Source: Bacteroidaceae bacterium
GTDB taxonomy: Bacteria > Bacteroidota > Bacteroidia > Bacteroidales > Bacteroidaceae
NCBI GenBank assembly: GCA_017481875.1
Contig: JAFUOP010000005.1
Location: 26,892 to 90,891 of the forward strand
DNA: 64,000 bases
Direction of reading: 5' to 3'
In this document: in pieces, positions 1 to 9,022 of the stretch
Numbering within the stretch: position 1 is the first letter of the stretch
Layout of the letters: every line of letters starts with the position of its first letter
The notes under the pieces: model-generated
What the model saw: the letters and a program-made list of their open reading frames with translations, nothing else
The model's database searches: none
Told to the model about the DNA's origin: nothing
Program-made: the position numbers and the translations under genes

Positions 1-596
1 TTTTCTATTACACGTGGTAGCTTGTCGGTTCCTATGTGCGGGTGTGCATCGGCCAAAATAGAGGGGCTTGCCCCATGCTGGCAAAAGATATTCAAAACTC
101 CCTCTATGCTACCACGTTTCTTGCTGCGGGTGTACAGCTTGCCGTCGGAGTAGGCACCTGCACCACCCTCACCAAAACAGTAGTTCGATTCGGGGTTTAC
201 CTTGTGCGTGCGCGAGATATTTGCTAAATCTACTTTACGGGTGCGTACATCGCGCCCACGCTCCACCACAATGGGGCGCAAGCCGTTTTCAATGAGTTTA
301 AGTGCTGCAAAAAGGCCGGCCGGGCCTGCACCCACCACAATAACAGGCGTGCAACCCTCTACATTGCCATACTCGCGGCTCACATACTCCTGCGTCGTGG
401 GCTGCTCGTTTATAAACACACGCAACGACAGATTAACGAATATTGTACGCTGGCGGGCATCGATGCTGCGTCGCAACACACGTACTGCATTAATAGTGCG
501 TATGTCCCAGCCTTTCTCGTCTGCGACAAAGCGTTTTAAAGCCTGTTCATTTACTGCCTGATGTGGCAGAGCACGTACCTGAAATTCTTGTACCAT
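1..596 (-). CDS. NAD(P)/FAD-dependent oxidoreductase (COG2509-type FAD-dependent protein). This is the N-terminal part; the gene runs off the left edge.
   Basis: The reverse strand has an ATG at 596-594. It translates as MVQEFQVRALPHQAVNEQALKRFVADEKGWDIRTINAVRVLRRSIDARQR...CTPVIVVGAGPAGLFAALKL, which contains a GxGxxG dinucleotide fold. The frame stays open to position 1. It is absent from the ORF track only because it is truncated. Confidence 0.75.
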   Translation of the reverse strand, partial: MVQEFQVRALPHQAVNEQALKRFVADEKGWDIRTINAVRVLRRSIDARQRTIFVNLSLRVFINEQPTTQEYVSREYGNVEGCTPVIVVGAGPAGLFAALKLIENGLRPIVVERGRDVRTRKVDLANISRTHKVNPESNYCFGEGGAGAYSDGKLYTRSKKRGSIEGVLNIFCQHGASPSILADAHPHIGTDKLPRVIE

Positions 597-616
597 AATA
601 GCTTATTCTTTATACC

Positions 617-1984
617 TTAACCGAACAGCAGACGAAAAGCCTCCTCTACCTTGCTCACAGGCAACACCTCTACTGCAAAACGTGAAAGGTCGAGGCCCTT
701 TATATTTGATTTTGGGACAATTATCTGCTTGAAACCGAGCTTTGCAGCCTCGGCAATACGTTGCTCTATGCGGTTCACAGGGCGTATCTCACCGGACAAA
801 CCCACCTCACCGGACATACAGATGGTAGGTTCTATCTCCACGTCCATATTGCTTGATAGTATTGCACTAATAACCGAAAGGTCTATGGCTGGGTCGTTCA
901 CACGCAAGCCACCTGCAATGTTTAAATAGACATCTTTTTGCGCGAGCTTGAAACCGACACGTTTTTCGAGCACCGCGAGCAACATATTCATACGTCTTAT
1001 GTCGAAGCCCGTTGCCGAACGCTGTGGAGTGCCGTAGGCTGCAGTACTCACCAATGCTTGTGCCTCAATGAGAAAAGGGCTCACTCCCTCTATTGCTGAA
1101 GCAATTGCAATGCCACTCATACCTTTATGCCTGTCGCTCAACAACAATTCCGACGGGTTACTCACCTGTCGCAGGCCCTCGCGCCTCATTTCATAAATAC
1201 CCAGCTCCGCAGTGCTGCCGAAGCGGTTTTTTATGGAGCGCAAGACACGATAGAGATAGTGTTGGTCGCCCTCGAACTGAATAACCACATCAACTATGTG
1301 TTCCAGGATTTTAGGACCTGCTATTGCACCGTCTTTCGTTATGTGGCCTATGAGAATAACAGGTACATTGTTCTCTTTTGCATATTTCAGTAGTAAAGCC
1401 GTGCACTCACGCACCTGGGCCATACTGCCAGGGGAGGAATCGACAGCTTCGGTACACATTGTTTGAATGGAGTCTATGACCAGAAGTTCGGGATTCACAT
1501 TTTTAATGTGAGTAAAAATGGTTTCGAGCACAGTTTCACACACTATATGACAATTGCCGCGTGCGTGGGTAATACGGTCGGCTCGCAGTTTTATCTGCTG
1601 CACACTCTCCTCACCCGACACATATAGCACGCGTCTTTGCGGCAAGCCCAATATTGTTTGCAGCACAAGCGTGGACTTACCAATGCCGGGCTCGCCGCCA
1701 AGCAAAACCAAAGAACCAGGGACAAGCCCACCGCCAAGAACACGATTAAGCTCTGCATCACCCATATCAATGCGTGGCAACTCGTCGGTAGCAACATCGT
1801 CTATGAGAACGGGGCGCGAGTGGGTGCCCTCCGCAGCTACAGCAGAAACACGCGAGGGAGCATTCCCACGCACAACCTTTTCCACAAAACTGTTCCAAGC
1901 TCCACAAGCCGGACATTTTCCGGCCCATTTTGGCGACTCGTAACCACAGTCGTTGCAGAGAAATATAGTCTTATCCTTTGCCAT
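617..1984 (-). CDS. radA: DNA repair protein RadA/Sms
   Basis: 455 aa. It has an N-terminal zinc ribbon (CNDCGYESPKWAGKCPACGAWNS), a Walker A motif (GGEPGIGKST), a KNRFG motif and a Lon-like C-terminal domain. Confidence 0.95.
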   Translation of the reverse strand: MAKDKTIFLCNDCGYESPKWAGKCPACGAWNSFVEKVVRGNAPSRVSAVAAEGTHSRPVLIDDVATDELPRIDMGDAELNRVLGGGLVPGSLVLLGGEPGIGKSTLVLQTILGLPQRRVLYVSGEESVQQIKLRADRITHARGNCHIVCETVLETIFTHIKNVNPELLVIDSIQTMCTEAVDSSPGSMAQVRECTALLLKYAKENNVPVILIGHITKDGAIAGPKILEHIVDVVIQFEGDQHYLYRVLRSIKNRFGSTAELGIYEMRREGLRQVSNPSELLLSDRHKGMSGIAIASAIEGVSPFLIEAQALVSTAAYGTPQRSATGFDIRRMNMLLAVLEKRVGFKLAQKDVYLNIAGGLRVNDPAIDLSVISAILSSNMDVEIEPTICMSGEVGLSGEIRPVNRIEQRIAEAAKLGFKQIIVPKSNIKGLDLSRFAVEVLPVSKVEEAFRLLFG

Positions 1985-2084
1985 TTGTCTTATGTTTTGC
2001 CATTTACACTGCGAAATTAGTGAATATCTGCGGAAAAATCTAACGTAAAGCCGTTAAACGCTTGCCTAATTTGCGCAAAGTTCA

Positions 2085-2092
2085 TATTTTTG
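2085..2092 (+). promoter_or_regulatory. Bacteroides-type -7 promoter box TATTTTTG (TAnnTTTG) upstream of thrA
   Basis: Exact match to the TAnnTTTG consensus, 117 nt upstream of the MKVMKFGG start. A CTTG sits 20 nt upstream as a weak -33 element. The box lies inside the ORF-track N-terminal extension, which argues against the 2062 start. Confidence 0.4.
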
Positions 2093-2138
2093 CACTAATA
2101 TTCACAGGATTAGAAACAGAGTGCGCTTTATGCACGGT

Positions 2139-2195
2139 GGACAGCTTTCCGTGGAAGGGCAACAAGTGCCCACAGGGAGTGCTGTTTTCTTTATT
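2139..2195 (+). promoter_or_regulatory. Long imperfect hairpin followed by a U-rich tract in the thrA leader (putative attenuator or intrinsic terminator)
   Basis: Outer stem ggacagc (2139-2145) pairs with gctgttt (2181-2187). Middle stem tttccgtg(g) pairs with cacaggga. Apical stem ggca/tgcc has loop acaag. The tail is ttctttatt, and the structure ends about 14 nt before the thrA ATG at 2209. Confidence 0.4.
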
Positions 2196-2208
2196 AAACC
2201 TAAGGAAA

Positions 2209-4644
2209 ATGAAAGTAATGAAATTTGGCGGAACATCGGTTGGTTCCGTAAATAGTATTCTTAATCTAAAAAGCATTGTAGAGAATGCTGCAAAAACAGA
2301 GCCGATAATTGTTGTAGTATCGGCTTTGGGTGGTGTTACAGACAAACTTATAAAGATTTCGAAGATGGCCGTTGCCGGCGACGAGGCTTTTAACGAGGAG
2401 TTTCAAGAGCTTGTAGCAAGACATCACGACCTCATATATGCGGTTATCACAGAAGAGCAAAAACGCAACGCTCTGTTGCAGGAGGTAGATACCCTGCTCA
2501 ACCAATTACAAAATATATATTTAGGACTTTCACTCATAAACAACACCACTCCCAAGACAGAAGCTACCGTGGTGAGCTATGGCGAGAGATTGTCGAGCCG
2601 CATTGTAACAGCACTCATAGACGGTGCCGTACGCTTCAACTCGCGCAAATATATAAAAACAGAAACCAAACACCATAAATACATTCTTGCCGACGAGGCT
2701 ACAGACAAGCTCATTCAAGAGTATTTCTCGGAGCACCACGACCAGATAACTGTGGCCCCAGGCTTTATCTCTTCGGACAAGGATAGTGGAGAAACCACAA
2801 ACCTGGGCCGTGGAGGTTCCGACTACACTGCTGCCATTCTTGCAGCGGCACTCAAAGCCAATATGCTACAAATATGGACCGATGTAGATGGATTCATGAC
2901 CGCCGACCCGCGCGTGATAAACACAGCATACACAATAGACCGTTTGAGCTATGTGGAGGCTACCGAGCTTTGCAACTTCGGTGCAAAGGTGGTTTACCCG
3001 CCCACCATCTACCCCGTCTTCAAAGCCAATATCCCCATAAAAGTGCTCAACACTTACAACCCCGAGGGAGCCGGCACTATAATCAGTGCCGAGTGTGGCG
3101 ACAAAGAGCGTATAATTAAAGGAATTTCAAGCATAAGCGACACTGACCTGCTTACCGTGCAAGGACTTGGAATGGTGGGTGTCGTGGGTGTGAACCAACG
3201 AATATTCAGCGCACTTGCCAATGCCGACGTGAGCGTGTTCTTCGTGGCACAGGCATCGTCGGAGAACAGCACCTCGCTGGGATTGCGCCACATTGACGCA
3301 CAAAAGGCCTGCGACGTGCTGAACGAGGAGTTCAAGAAGGAGATTGCAATGGGCCTTATGGAGGCTGTTACAGCGCAAAGCGAACTATCGACCGTAGCCA
3401 TTGTAGGCGAGAATATGCGCCACACACCCGGAATCATTGGTAAATTGTTCCAAACACTTGGCCGCAATGGTATAAACGTGGTTGCCTGCGCACAGGGAGC
3501 ACAAGAGACCAACATTTCATTCGTGGTAAAGGCCGAGCAACTACGCAAGACTCTCAATGTGATACACGACTCGTTCTTCTTGTCGGAGTACAAAGTGCTT
3601 AACCTCTTTATTTGCGGTATAGGCACTGTGGGCGGCAGCCTTATAGAGCAGATAGCGTCGCAGCAAGAGACACTTAAAAAAGAACACGGGCTTATGCTCA
3701 ACGTTGTGGGCATTGCCAATAGTCGCCACGCCATTTTCGACCGCGACGGGCTCGACCTTGCCAACTACCAAGAGGCCCTTGCAGCAAGCAAGGAGAGCAA
3801 CATAAGCAAACTGCGCGACGAAATAATTGACATGAACATCTTCAACTCGGTGTTTGTGGATTGTACCGCCAATGGCGAGGTTGCATCAATTTATGCCGAT
3901 ATGCTGTCGCACAACATATCGGTTGTTGCTGCCAACAAGATTGCCGCATCGAGCGACTATGCAACATACAGCAATCTTAAGCACATAGCACGCCAGAGAA
4001 ACATAAAATACTTGTTCGAAACTAACGTAGGTGCCGGCTTGCCTGTTATAAACACAATGAACGACCTCATAAACAGTGGCGACAAGATTTTGAAGATTGA
4101 AGCTGTGCTCAGCGGCACGCTGAACTTCATTTTCAATGTGCTGAGCAAAGAGGTGCCTATGAGTGAGGCTGTGCGCCTTGCCAAGGAGAATGGTTACAGC
4201 GAGCCCGACCCCCGTATTGACCTCTGTGGAAAAGATGTTATACGCAAATTGGTTATCTTGGCACGCGAGGCCGGCTATGTTATAGAACAGGAGGAAGTTG
4301 AGGCTAACCTATTTATTCCCAACGAACTTTTTGAAGGCAGCTTGGATAATTTCTGGCAAAGACTACCCGAGCTTAACGAGAAATTCGAAGAGGAGCGCAA
4401 GCAGCTTGAGGCCGATAATATGCATTGGCGTTTCATTGCAAAACTAGAAAACGGCAAGGGCTCGGTGTCGCTGTGCAAAGTAGATGAAAAACACCCCTTC
4501 TACAACCTCGAAGGCAGCAACAACATAATAATGCTCAACACGGAGCGTTACAAAGACCCTATGATTATAAAGGGCTACGGTGCAGGTGCTGGCGTTACTG
4601 CTGCCGGTGTGTTTGCCGACATTATGCGAATTGCAAATATTTAA
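2209..4644 (+). CDS. thrA: Bifunctional aspartokinase / homoserine dehydrogenase
   Basis: 811 aa from MKVMKFGGTSVG (aspartokinase N-terminus). It has ACT-region sequence and a C-terminal homoserine dehydrogenase domain (ICGIGTVGGSL Rossmann fold; GYGAGAGVTAAGVFADI). I chose the start at the internal Met50 of ORF 2062..4644. Confidence 0.93.
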   Translation: MKVMKFGGTSVGSVNSILNLKSIVENAAKTEPIIVVVSALGGVTDKLIKISKMAVAGDEAFNEEFQELVARHHDLIYAVITEEQKRNALLQEVDTLLNQLQNIYLGLSLINNTTPKTEATVVSYGERLSSRIVTALIDGAVRFNSRKYIKTETKHHKYILADEATDKLIQEYFSEHHDQITVAPGFISSDKDSGETTNLGRGGSDYTAAILAAALKANMLQIWTDVDGFMTADPRVINTAYTIDRLSYVEATELCNFGAKVVYPPTIYPVFKANIPIKVLNTYNPEGAGTIISAECGDKERIIKGISSISDTDLLTVQGLGMVGVVGVNQRIFSALANADVSVFFVAQASSENSTSLGLRHIDAQKACDVLNEEFKKEIAMGLMEAVTAQSELSTVAIVGENMRHTPGIIGKLFQTLGRNGINVVACAQGAQETNISFVVKAEQLRKTLNVIHDSFFLSEYKVLNLFICGIGTVGGSLIEQIASQQETLKKEHGLMLNVVGIANSRHAIFDRDGLDLANYQEALAASKESNISKLRDEIIDMNIFNSVFVDCTANGEVASIYADMLSHNISVVAANKIAASSDYATYSNLKHIARQRNIKYLFETNVGAGLPVINTMNDLINSGDKILKIEAVLSGTLNFIFNVLSKEVPMSEAVRLAKENGYSEPDPRIDLCGKDVIRKLVILAREAGYVIEQEEVEANLFIPNELFEGSLDNFWQRLPELNEKFEEERKQLEADNMHWRFIAKLENGKGSVSLCKVDEKHPFYNLEGSNNIIMLNTERYKDPMIIKGYGAGAGVTAAGVFADIMRIANI

Positions 4645-4660
4645 TTCAGATATATACATC

Positions 4661-4699
4661 ACAAAAAACGAGCACCTTTCGAAGGTGCTCGTTTTTTGT
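4661..4699. terminator. Bidirectional rho-independent terminator between convergent thrA and the DUF3108 gene
   Basis: Perfect palindrome acaaaaaacgagcacctt-tcg-aaggtgctcgttttttgt. The A-tract and T-tract give a U-run on both strands. Confidence 0.8.
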
Positions 4700-4709
4700 G
4701 ATGTTATTG

Positions 4710-5531
4710 CTATTCCCTTGACGGTATAAGCGGGTACATAAGCCCCGACTTTTTCGACAAACGTGCTTTGGCCGTACCAAAATTCAACGCAAGGTCAAGC
4801 AGAATGGGCAAGTGATTCTCATCGTCGGTAACAAAGAAGTTTACAACCGTTTTCTCCTTGCCTTTATCGTCGAGCTCCACAAGAGATATTTTAAGGCAAT
4901 CATACGAAAGACCATCATTTGCTTTCACCCTCTCCTTGCCACGATAGATGAGACGCTGTTCCTCTATTCTGCGCCCTGTAGCTATAGGGTATGATATACG
5001 TTGCCCCGGTTTAATGGTGGAGAAGTCGAAATTACGTGCATAGGCAAGCATGCTCATCATATCATAGACACCGGCATCACAGGTGTCTGTACGGAAAACA
5101 GGAGTGCGCTCGGTACGTGCATAGTGCTGAGAAACCTTCACCTTACCGGTCGGCAGATAGTCGTAACAAACCTCATTTAGATATTTACGCTTGCCTTGCT
5201 CCGAGGATTTACGATAAAATAATGGACGCACCTCTTCACCAGGCAAATATATTGTGGTGAGCGTGTCGCGCATTCTGAAGAAGGCATCGGCTTTCTCATT
5301 GGTACTACTGAGGAGCGACATATACTGCGCCTTCTGGCCATTATATATAGTATCGCGTATTATAAGCTTTGCTCCACCGGCTTTTACCCACACAAATTTC
5401 CAATTAAAGTAGAACACGCACTCCAATGTCTCGCCCGGCTTGTATGCAGGCTTTCTTTTTATATCTACAGCCGAAACCTGCAGGGCCATAAGCGAAACTA
5501 CAAGAAAAAATATGTACTTATAATATTTCAT
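4710..5531 (-). CDS. DUF3108 domain-containing exported protein
   Basis: It starts MKYYKYIFFLVVSLMALQVSA (signal peptide). The body (GETLECVFYFNWKFVWVKAGGAKL...) matches my memory of the DUF3108 family. I chose the start at Met10 of the ORF-track call, 4 nt after the upstream stop. Confidence 0.65.
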   Translation of the reverse strand: MKYYKYIFFLVVSLMALQVSAVDIKRKPAYKPGETLECVFYFNWKFVWVKAGGAKLIIRDTIYNGQKAQYMSLLSSTNEKADAFFRMRDTLTTIYLPGEEVRPLFYRKSSEQGKRKYLNEVCYDYLPTGKVKVSQHYARTERTPVFRTDTCDAGVYDMMSMLAYARNFDFSTIKPGQRISYPIATGRRIEEQRLIYRGKERVKANDGLSYDCLKISLVELDDKGKEKTVVNFFVTDDENHLPILLDLALNFGTAKARLSKKSGLMYPLIPSRE

Positions 5532-5535
5532 TAAC

Positions 5536-7455
5536 TTATTTAAATTTACGTGTAGCATTACGATTAATCTTCTGCTTCTCCTTTTCGGGTTTCTGCTTGG
5601 TTATCTCCAATGGCTTTTGAGTGTTAAGCGGAGCTTTTATATCCCAATCGTCCTGCTCATATTCAAAAAGAGCACGCAAATCCAGCATACGAGGGTAATA
5701 GTAAACCTCTTCGGGCTGCAATTTATCTTCGTATGAACCGGTGTCCCACTTGCTATTGCCGTTTTTGTCTATAAACAAACGCAACGAGTAGTTCCCGGGC
5801 TTTATAAAGTAGAAAGCACATTTATTTTCTTCGGTACGCGCTGTTGCAACCACCTTATCGCCTTGCATAAGCTCCACCACAGCATCGTTGCCGGTGTGCG
5901 GAATTGTGAGGAACAGAACTGCATAGCTGTCGAGTGAGCTATACACCATTTCTTGTTTCAATGGCTTTGAAACACCACCATACAAGCCCCTGAAGGCAGC
6001 AGAGTCTATTGTTAAAACATACTTCTCTTCGGGCCTCCACTCTGCATAGATATTATATTTACGAATATTCTTTTCACTCTGTTTAAAAACAAAGGGAATC
6101 GGTGTTTGTATTGAATCTACCATCGTTGCAAGATGTATCATAGACTCATCTAAGCTTGCGACAGGCTCATTAAAGGAGAGTTCCAGCTCTGTTCCAAAAT
6201 CCATTTGAGAACGTGCTGTTGTATTAATTTGAAGCTCCTTTGTCGGTGGGACATAGACCGGTGGATTATTTTCGTCATACTCGGGGAGTTTACGCATCTT
6301 TTTCTGGAACTTTTTCTCTTCCTTTTCAAACTTCTCAATTTCTTCCTTTATAACAGTTTCACGTTTTTTCTTTGCGGCTATATACAGTGTATCTGTTTTA
6401 GGAACCAACTGCATTAGTGAATCTAACACATTATAAGTAACAGCAACTTCGAGTGTATCTTTATAATATATTGTCGTGTCTTTTAACCAATAGCGCAGGG
6501 TATCCATTGTTGCATTACTCTCCAATATATATGCCGCAGAATCGTTAAAGTTCAAGCCCTTCAAACGCGGCAGCTCACTATTGGGTGCAGCAAAAAGTAT
6601 AGAGAAATTACTATGCTCGTCGCGCGGGTTTTTCAGTATATATTGAGAATAAAATGCCTCCTTAAAAGCACGCAACACAATGTCATCGGGCATATTACGG
6701 GTATATTCCACAGTGCGGACAGTATCTACGGTTATACTGTCGCGCCATATTGTGTCGTTACGCATTGCACGGGTTGCATAGGGCGTAATCTCTTTCTCAT
6801 AAAATGCTATCGCTTCACTTTTTTGGTCAAAGAGGTAGTTTCCATTGGCATCGGCAAGAGCGTATATACGATACTTACCCGGCGACAATCCCTTAACGGA
6901 GAAGCGGCCACGACTATCGGTGCGTGCAACACGTTCAAATGAAGTATTGGTGAAAACAGTGTCGTTCAACACTGAGTGAACACCAACCATAATACCTTTT
7001 ATGGGCTCCAAGTCTTGCGCGTTCAGTACTGTGCCCGAGATTGCAAGAGTATCAACCTCTTTACCGGTAGAGAACACATACGCAAAGTTTTCCAGAGCAT
7101 TACCTTCGTTGTTATCAACAACAGCATCGTTAAAATCTATCGAATATGTAGTGTTGGGAATTAACGTATCATAAAATTGTACTGTAATTTTATTCCCACT
7201 ATATTTAATTTGAGGCTGCTCTTTTTGAGGAGGAGATATAATTACCTTCTCAAATGCATTTTCGAGCTTAATATTCTCATTAAACTCCAAAACCACCTTA
7301 TCATCGGTTACGTTTATTGCATTGGGCGCAGGAGTTCCACCTACAAAAATAGGAGGGTCTTCATCATAGGGACCACCATCGGGGGTACCCATACTTGCAC
7401 AAGCTGCAACAAGCAGCACTATCAACAACGAAAAAAGTATCTCTTTAAACGACAT
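5536..7455 (-). CDS. Ig-like (SbsA-type) domain-containing lipoprotein, function unknown
   Basis: 639 aa with a lipobox (LLVAAC at residues 14-19). An N-terminal bacterial Ig-like region (PPIFVGGTPAPNAINVTDDKVVLEFNENI) is followed by carboxypeptidase-regulatory-like beta-sandwich segments (RGRFSVKGLSPGKYRIYA; KPGNYSLRLFIDKNGNSKWD) and a lysine-rich tail. Confidence 0.6.
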   Translation of the reverse strand: MSFKEILFSLLIVLLVAACASMGTPDGGPYDEDPPIFVGGTPAPNAINVTDDKVVLEFNENIKLENAFEKVIISPPQKEQPQIKYSGNKITVQFYDTLIPNTTYSIDFNDAVVDNNEGNALENFAYVFSTGKEVDTLAISGTVLNAQDLEPIKGIMVGVHSVLNDTVFTNTSFERVARTDSRGRFSVKGLSPGKYRIYALADANGNYLFDQKSEAIAFYEKEITPYATRAMRNDTIWRDSITVDTVRTVEYTRNMPDDIVLRAFKEAFYSQYILKNPRDEHSNFSILFAAPNSELPRLKGLNFNDSAAYILESNATMDTLRYWLKDTTIYYKDTLEVAVTYNVLDSLMQLVPKTDTLYIAAKKKRETVIKEEIEKFEKEEKKFQKKMRKLPEYDENNPPVYVPPTKELQINTTARSQMDFGTELELSFNEPVASLDESMIHLATMVDSIQTPIPFVFKQSEKNIRKYNIYAEWRPEEKYVLTIDSAAFRGLYGGVSKPLKQEMVYSSLDSYAVLFLTIPHTGNDAVVELMQGDKVVATARTEENKCAFYFIKPGNYSLRLFIDKNGNSKWDTGSYEDKLQPEEVYYYPRMLDLRALFEYEQDDWDIKAPLNTQKPLEITKQKPEKEKQKINRNATRKFK

Positions 7456-7460
7456 ATGTT

Positions 7461-8969
7461 TTACACATTAAACGACATCATCTCCTCTATATACTGACGG
7501 CTGTTGCTCAAGCGGGGCACTTTGTGCTGACCACCTAATTTACCCTTGCTTTTAAGCCAATCGTTAAAGAGGTTCTTGCGTGCCACAACTATTTCCAGTG
7601 GCTGCAGAGTAATATTCTTGTAACGTTTAGCCTCGTAGTCGGAGTTTATCTGCTGCAGTGTGGTGTCGAGTATCTCCGCAAATCGTTCCAATGAATCGGG
7701 TTCTTTGGAAAACTCTATGAGCCACTGGTGGCGGCACTGAGCATTGGCGTCCATAAATACAGGAGCTGCGGTATATTCCGATACTTGTGCGCCGGTCTCC
7801 TCGCAAGCCTTCTTAAGGCCTTTTTCGGCATTATCTACAATAAGCTCCTCGCCAAAGGCATTTATAAAGTGCTTTGTACGCCCTGATATAACAATTTTAT
7901 AGGGGTCTTTGCTCATAAAACGCACAGTGTCGCCTATCATATAACGCCACAAACCGCAAGATGTGCTTATGAGCATTGCATAGTTCTTGCCTACCTCAAC
8001 CTCCCACAAAGGAAGCACGCGGGGATTGGGCGAGTCGATGTCCTCGAAGGGAATAAACTCGTAGAATACATCGTAGTCTATCATAAGCATCATAGCTGTG
8101 TCGGCAGGGTCGTTCTGTATTCCGAAGAAACCCTCGCTGGCATTATATGTTTCCATATATTTCATATCGGGCTTGCGTATGAGCTGCAGGTATTGTTCGC
8201 GGTAAGGAGTGAAGGCCACGCCACCGTGGAAAAAAACCTCAAGATTAGGCCATACCTCTTCTACGCTGTTCTTTCCTGTAATTTCGAGCATATGCTTTAG
8301 CACAGCCATCATCCAAGAGGGAACACCCGAAAGGTTTGTTACATTCTTGGTGCAGGTGGCACGGGCTATCTTCTCCATTTTCTCCTCAAAATCGCTGAGC
8401 AGGGCTATGGATTTGTCGGGCACGCGCACCATATTCACAAGAGGGTTACAATTCTCAATGAGAATTGCACTGAGGTCGCCCACAAGGCTGCCTGGCAGGT
8501 TGTAATTGGGGGCATGGCTACCACCTAATATAAGACCACGGCCATTGAACATACGGCTCTGCGGGTTGTTGGCAAGGTAGAGGGCAACAACGTCCATTCC
8601 ACCCTTGTAATGAGCATTCTGCAAGCCCGCAGGGGTTACCGGTATAAACTTGCTCTTGTCGTTTGTGGTACCCGATGATTTTGCATACCACTTACAGCGG
8701 CCCTTCCACAGCACATCTTTTTCACCGTGGCGCATACGATCTATAAAGCCCTTAAGCGTCTCATAGTTCTGCACATCAACCGCAGCGGCAAATTTTTCAT
8801 AACTCGTGCAGGCTACATAGTTGTGCTTTACACCCCACTCAGTGTTTGCTGCCACAGACACCAATCTTTTAAGTACGTCGCGCTGAATTTTCTCTGCCTC
8901 AGTGGCATACTTTTCAATTTTCTTTACTCTGTGGTTTAACACAGACCTTAAAAGTGATGTTTCGTTCAT
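7461..8969 (-). CDS. GH3 (auxin-responsive promoter) family protein, a predicted adenylating acyl-acid amido synthetase-like enzyme
   Basis: 502 aa. The N-terminus and length are typical of Bacteroidota GH3-family proteins, with an SSGTT adenylate-forming motif (AKSSGTTNDKSKFIPVT). The stop lies 5 nt before the next gene. Confidence 0.8.
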   Translation of the reverse strand: MNETSLLRSVLNHRVKKIEKYATEAEKIQRDVLKRLVSVAANTEWGVKHNYVACTSYEKFAAAVDVQNYETLKGFIDRMRHGEKDVLWKGRCKWYAKSSGTTNDKSKFIPVTPAGLQNAHYKGGMDVVALYLANNPQSRMFNGRGLILGGSHAPNYNLPGSLVGDLSAILIENCNPLVNMVRVPDKSIALLSDFEEKMEKIARATCTKNVTNLSGVPSWMMAVLKHMLEITGKNSVEEVWPNLEVFFHGGVAFTPYREQYLQLIRKPDMKYMETYNASEGFFGIQNDPADTAMMLMIDYDVFYEFIPFEDIDSPNPRVLPLWEVEVGKNYAMLISTSCGLWRYMIGDTVRFMSKDPYKIVISGRTKHFINAFGEELIVDNAEKGLKKACEETGAQVSEYTAAPVFMDANAQCRHQWLIEFSKEPDSLERFAEILDTTLQQINSDYEAKRYKNITLQPLEIVVARKNLFNDWLKSKGKLGGQHKVPRLSNSRQYIEEMMSFNV

Positions 8970-9000
8970 AGTAGGTTAGCTGCATAATGCTGCAACAAGG

Positions 9001-9008
9001 CAAATTTA
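9001..9008 (-). promoter_or_regulatory. -7 promoter box TAAATTTG (minus strand) upstream of the GH3 gene
   Basis: The reverse complement of caaattta is TAAATTTG, an exact TAnnTTTG match. It lies 32 nt upstream of the GH3 ATG, in the 53-nt gap after the DsbD-like gene. Confidence 0.4.
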
Positions 9009-9022
9009 TTGTTTGTAAATTT

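Noticed and set aside
2062-2208. N-terminal extensions proposed by the ORF track. Affected calls: thrA 2062, thyA 12562, lpxK 16839, mutA 36108, OmpA/TPR 42007, OmpA-like 48069, ftsB-like 50122, folB 56903, endonuclease 36052, DUF3108 5558 and DsbD-like 11122.
   Set aside because: In each case an internal Met begins the conserved N-terminus or a signal peptide. Most extensions also contain the gene's own -7 promoter box or overlap the upstream gene.
2093-2208. A lysine riboswitch, T-box or classical Thr/Ile leader-peptide attenuator in front of thrA.
   Set aside because: The leader is only about 115 nt, too short for an L-box or T-box, and I could not find their conserved segments. The only small ORF (ATG at 2130) encodes no Thr/Ile run. 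I kept only the generic hairpin and competing-pairing observation.
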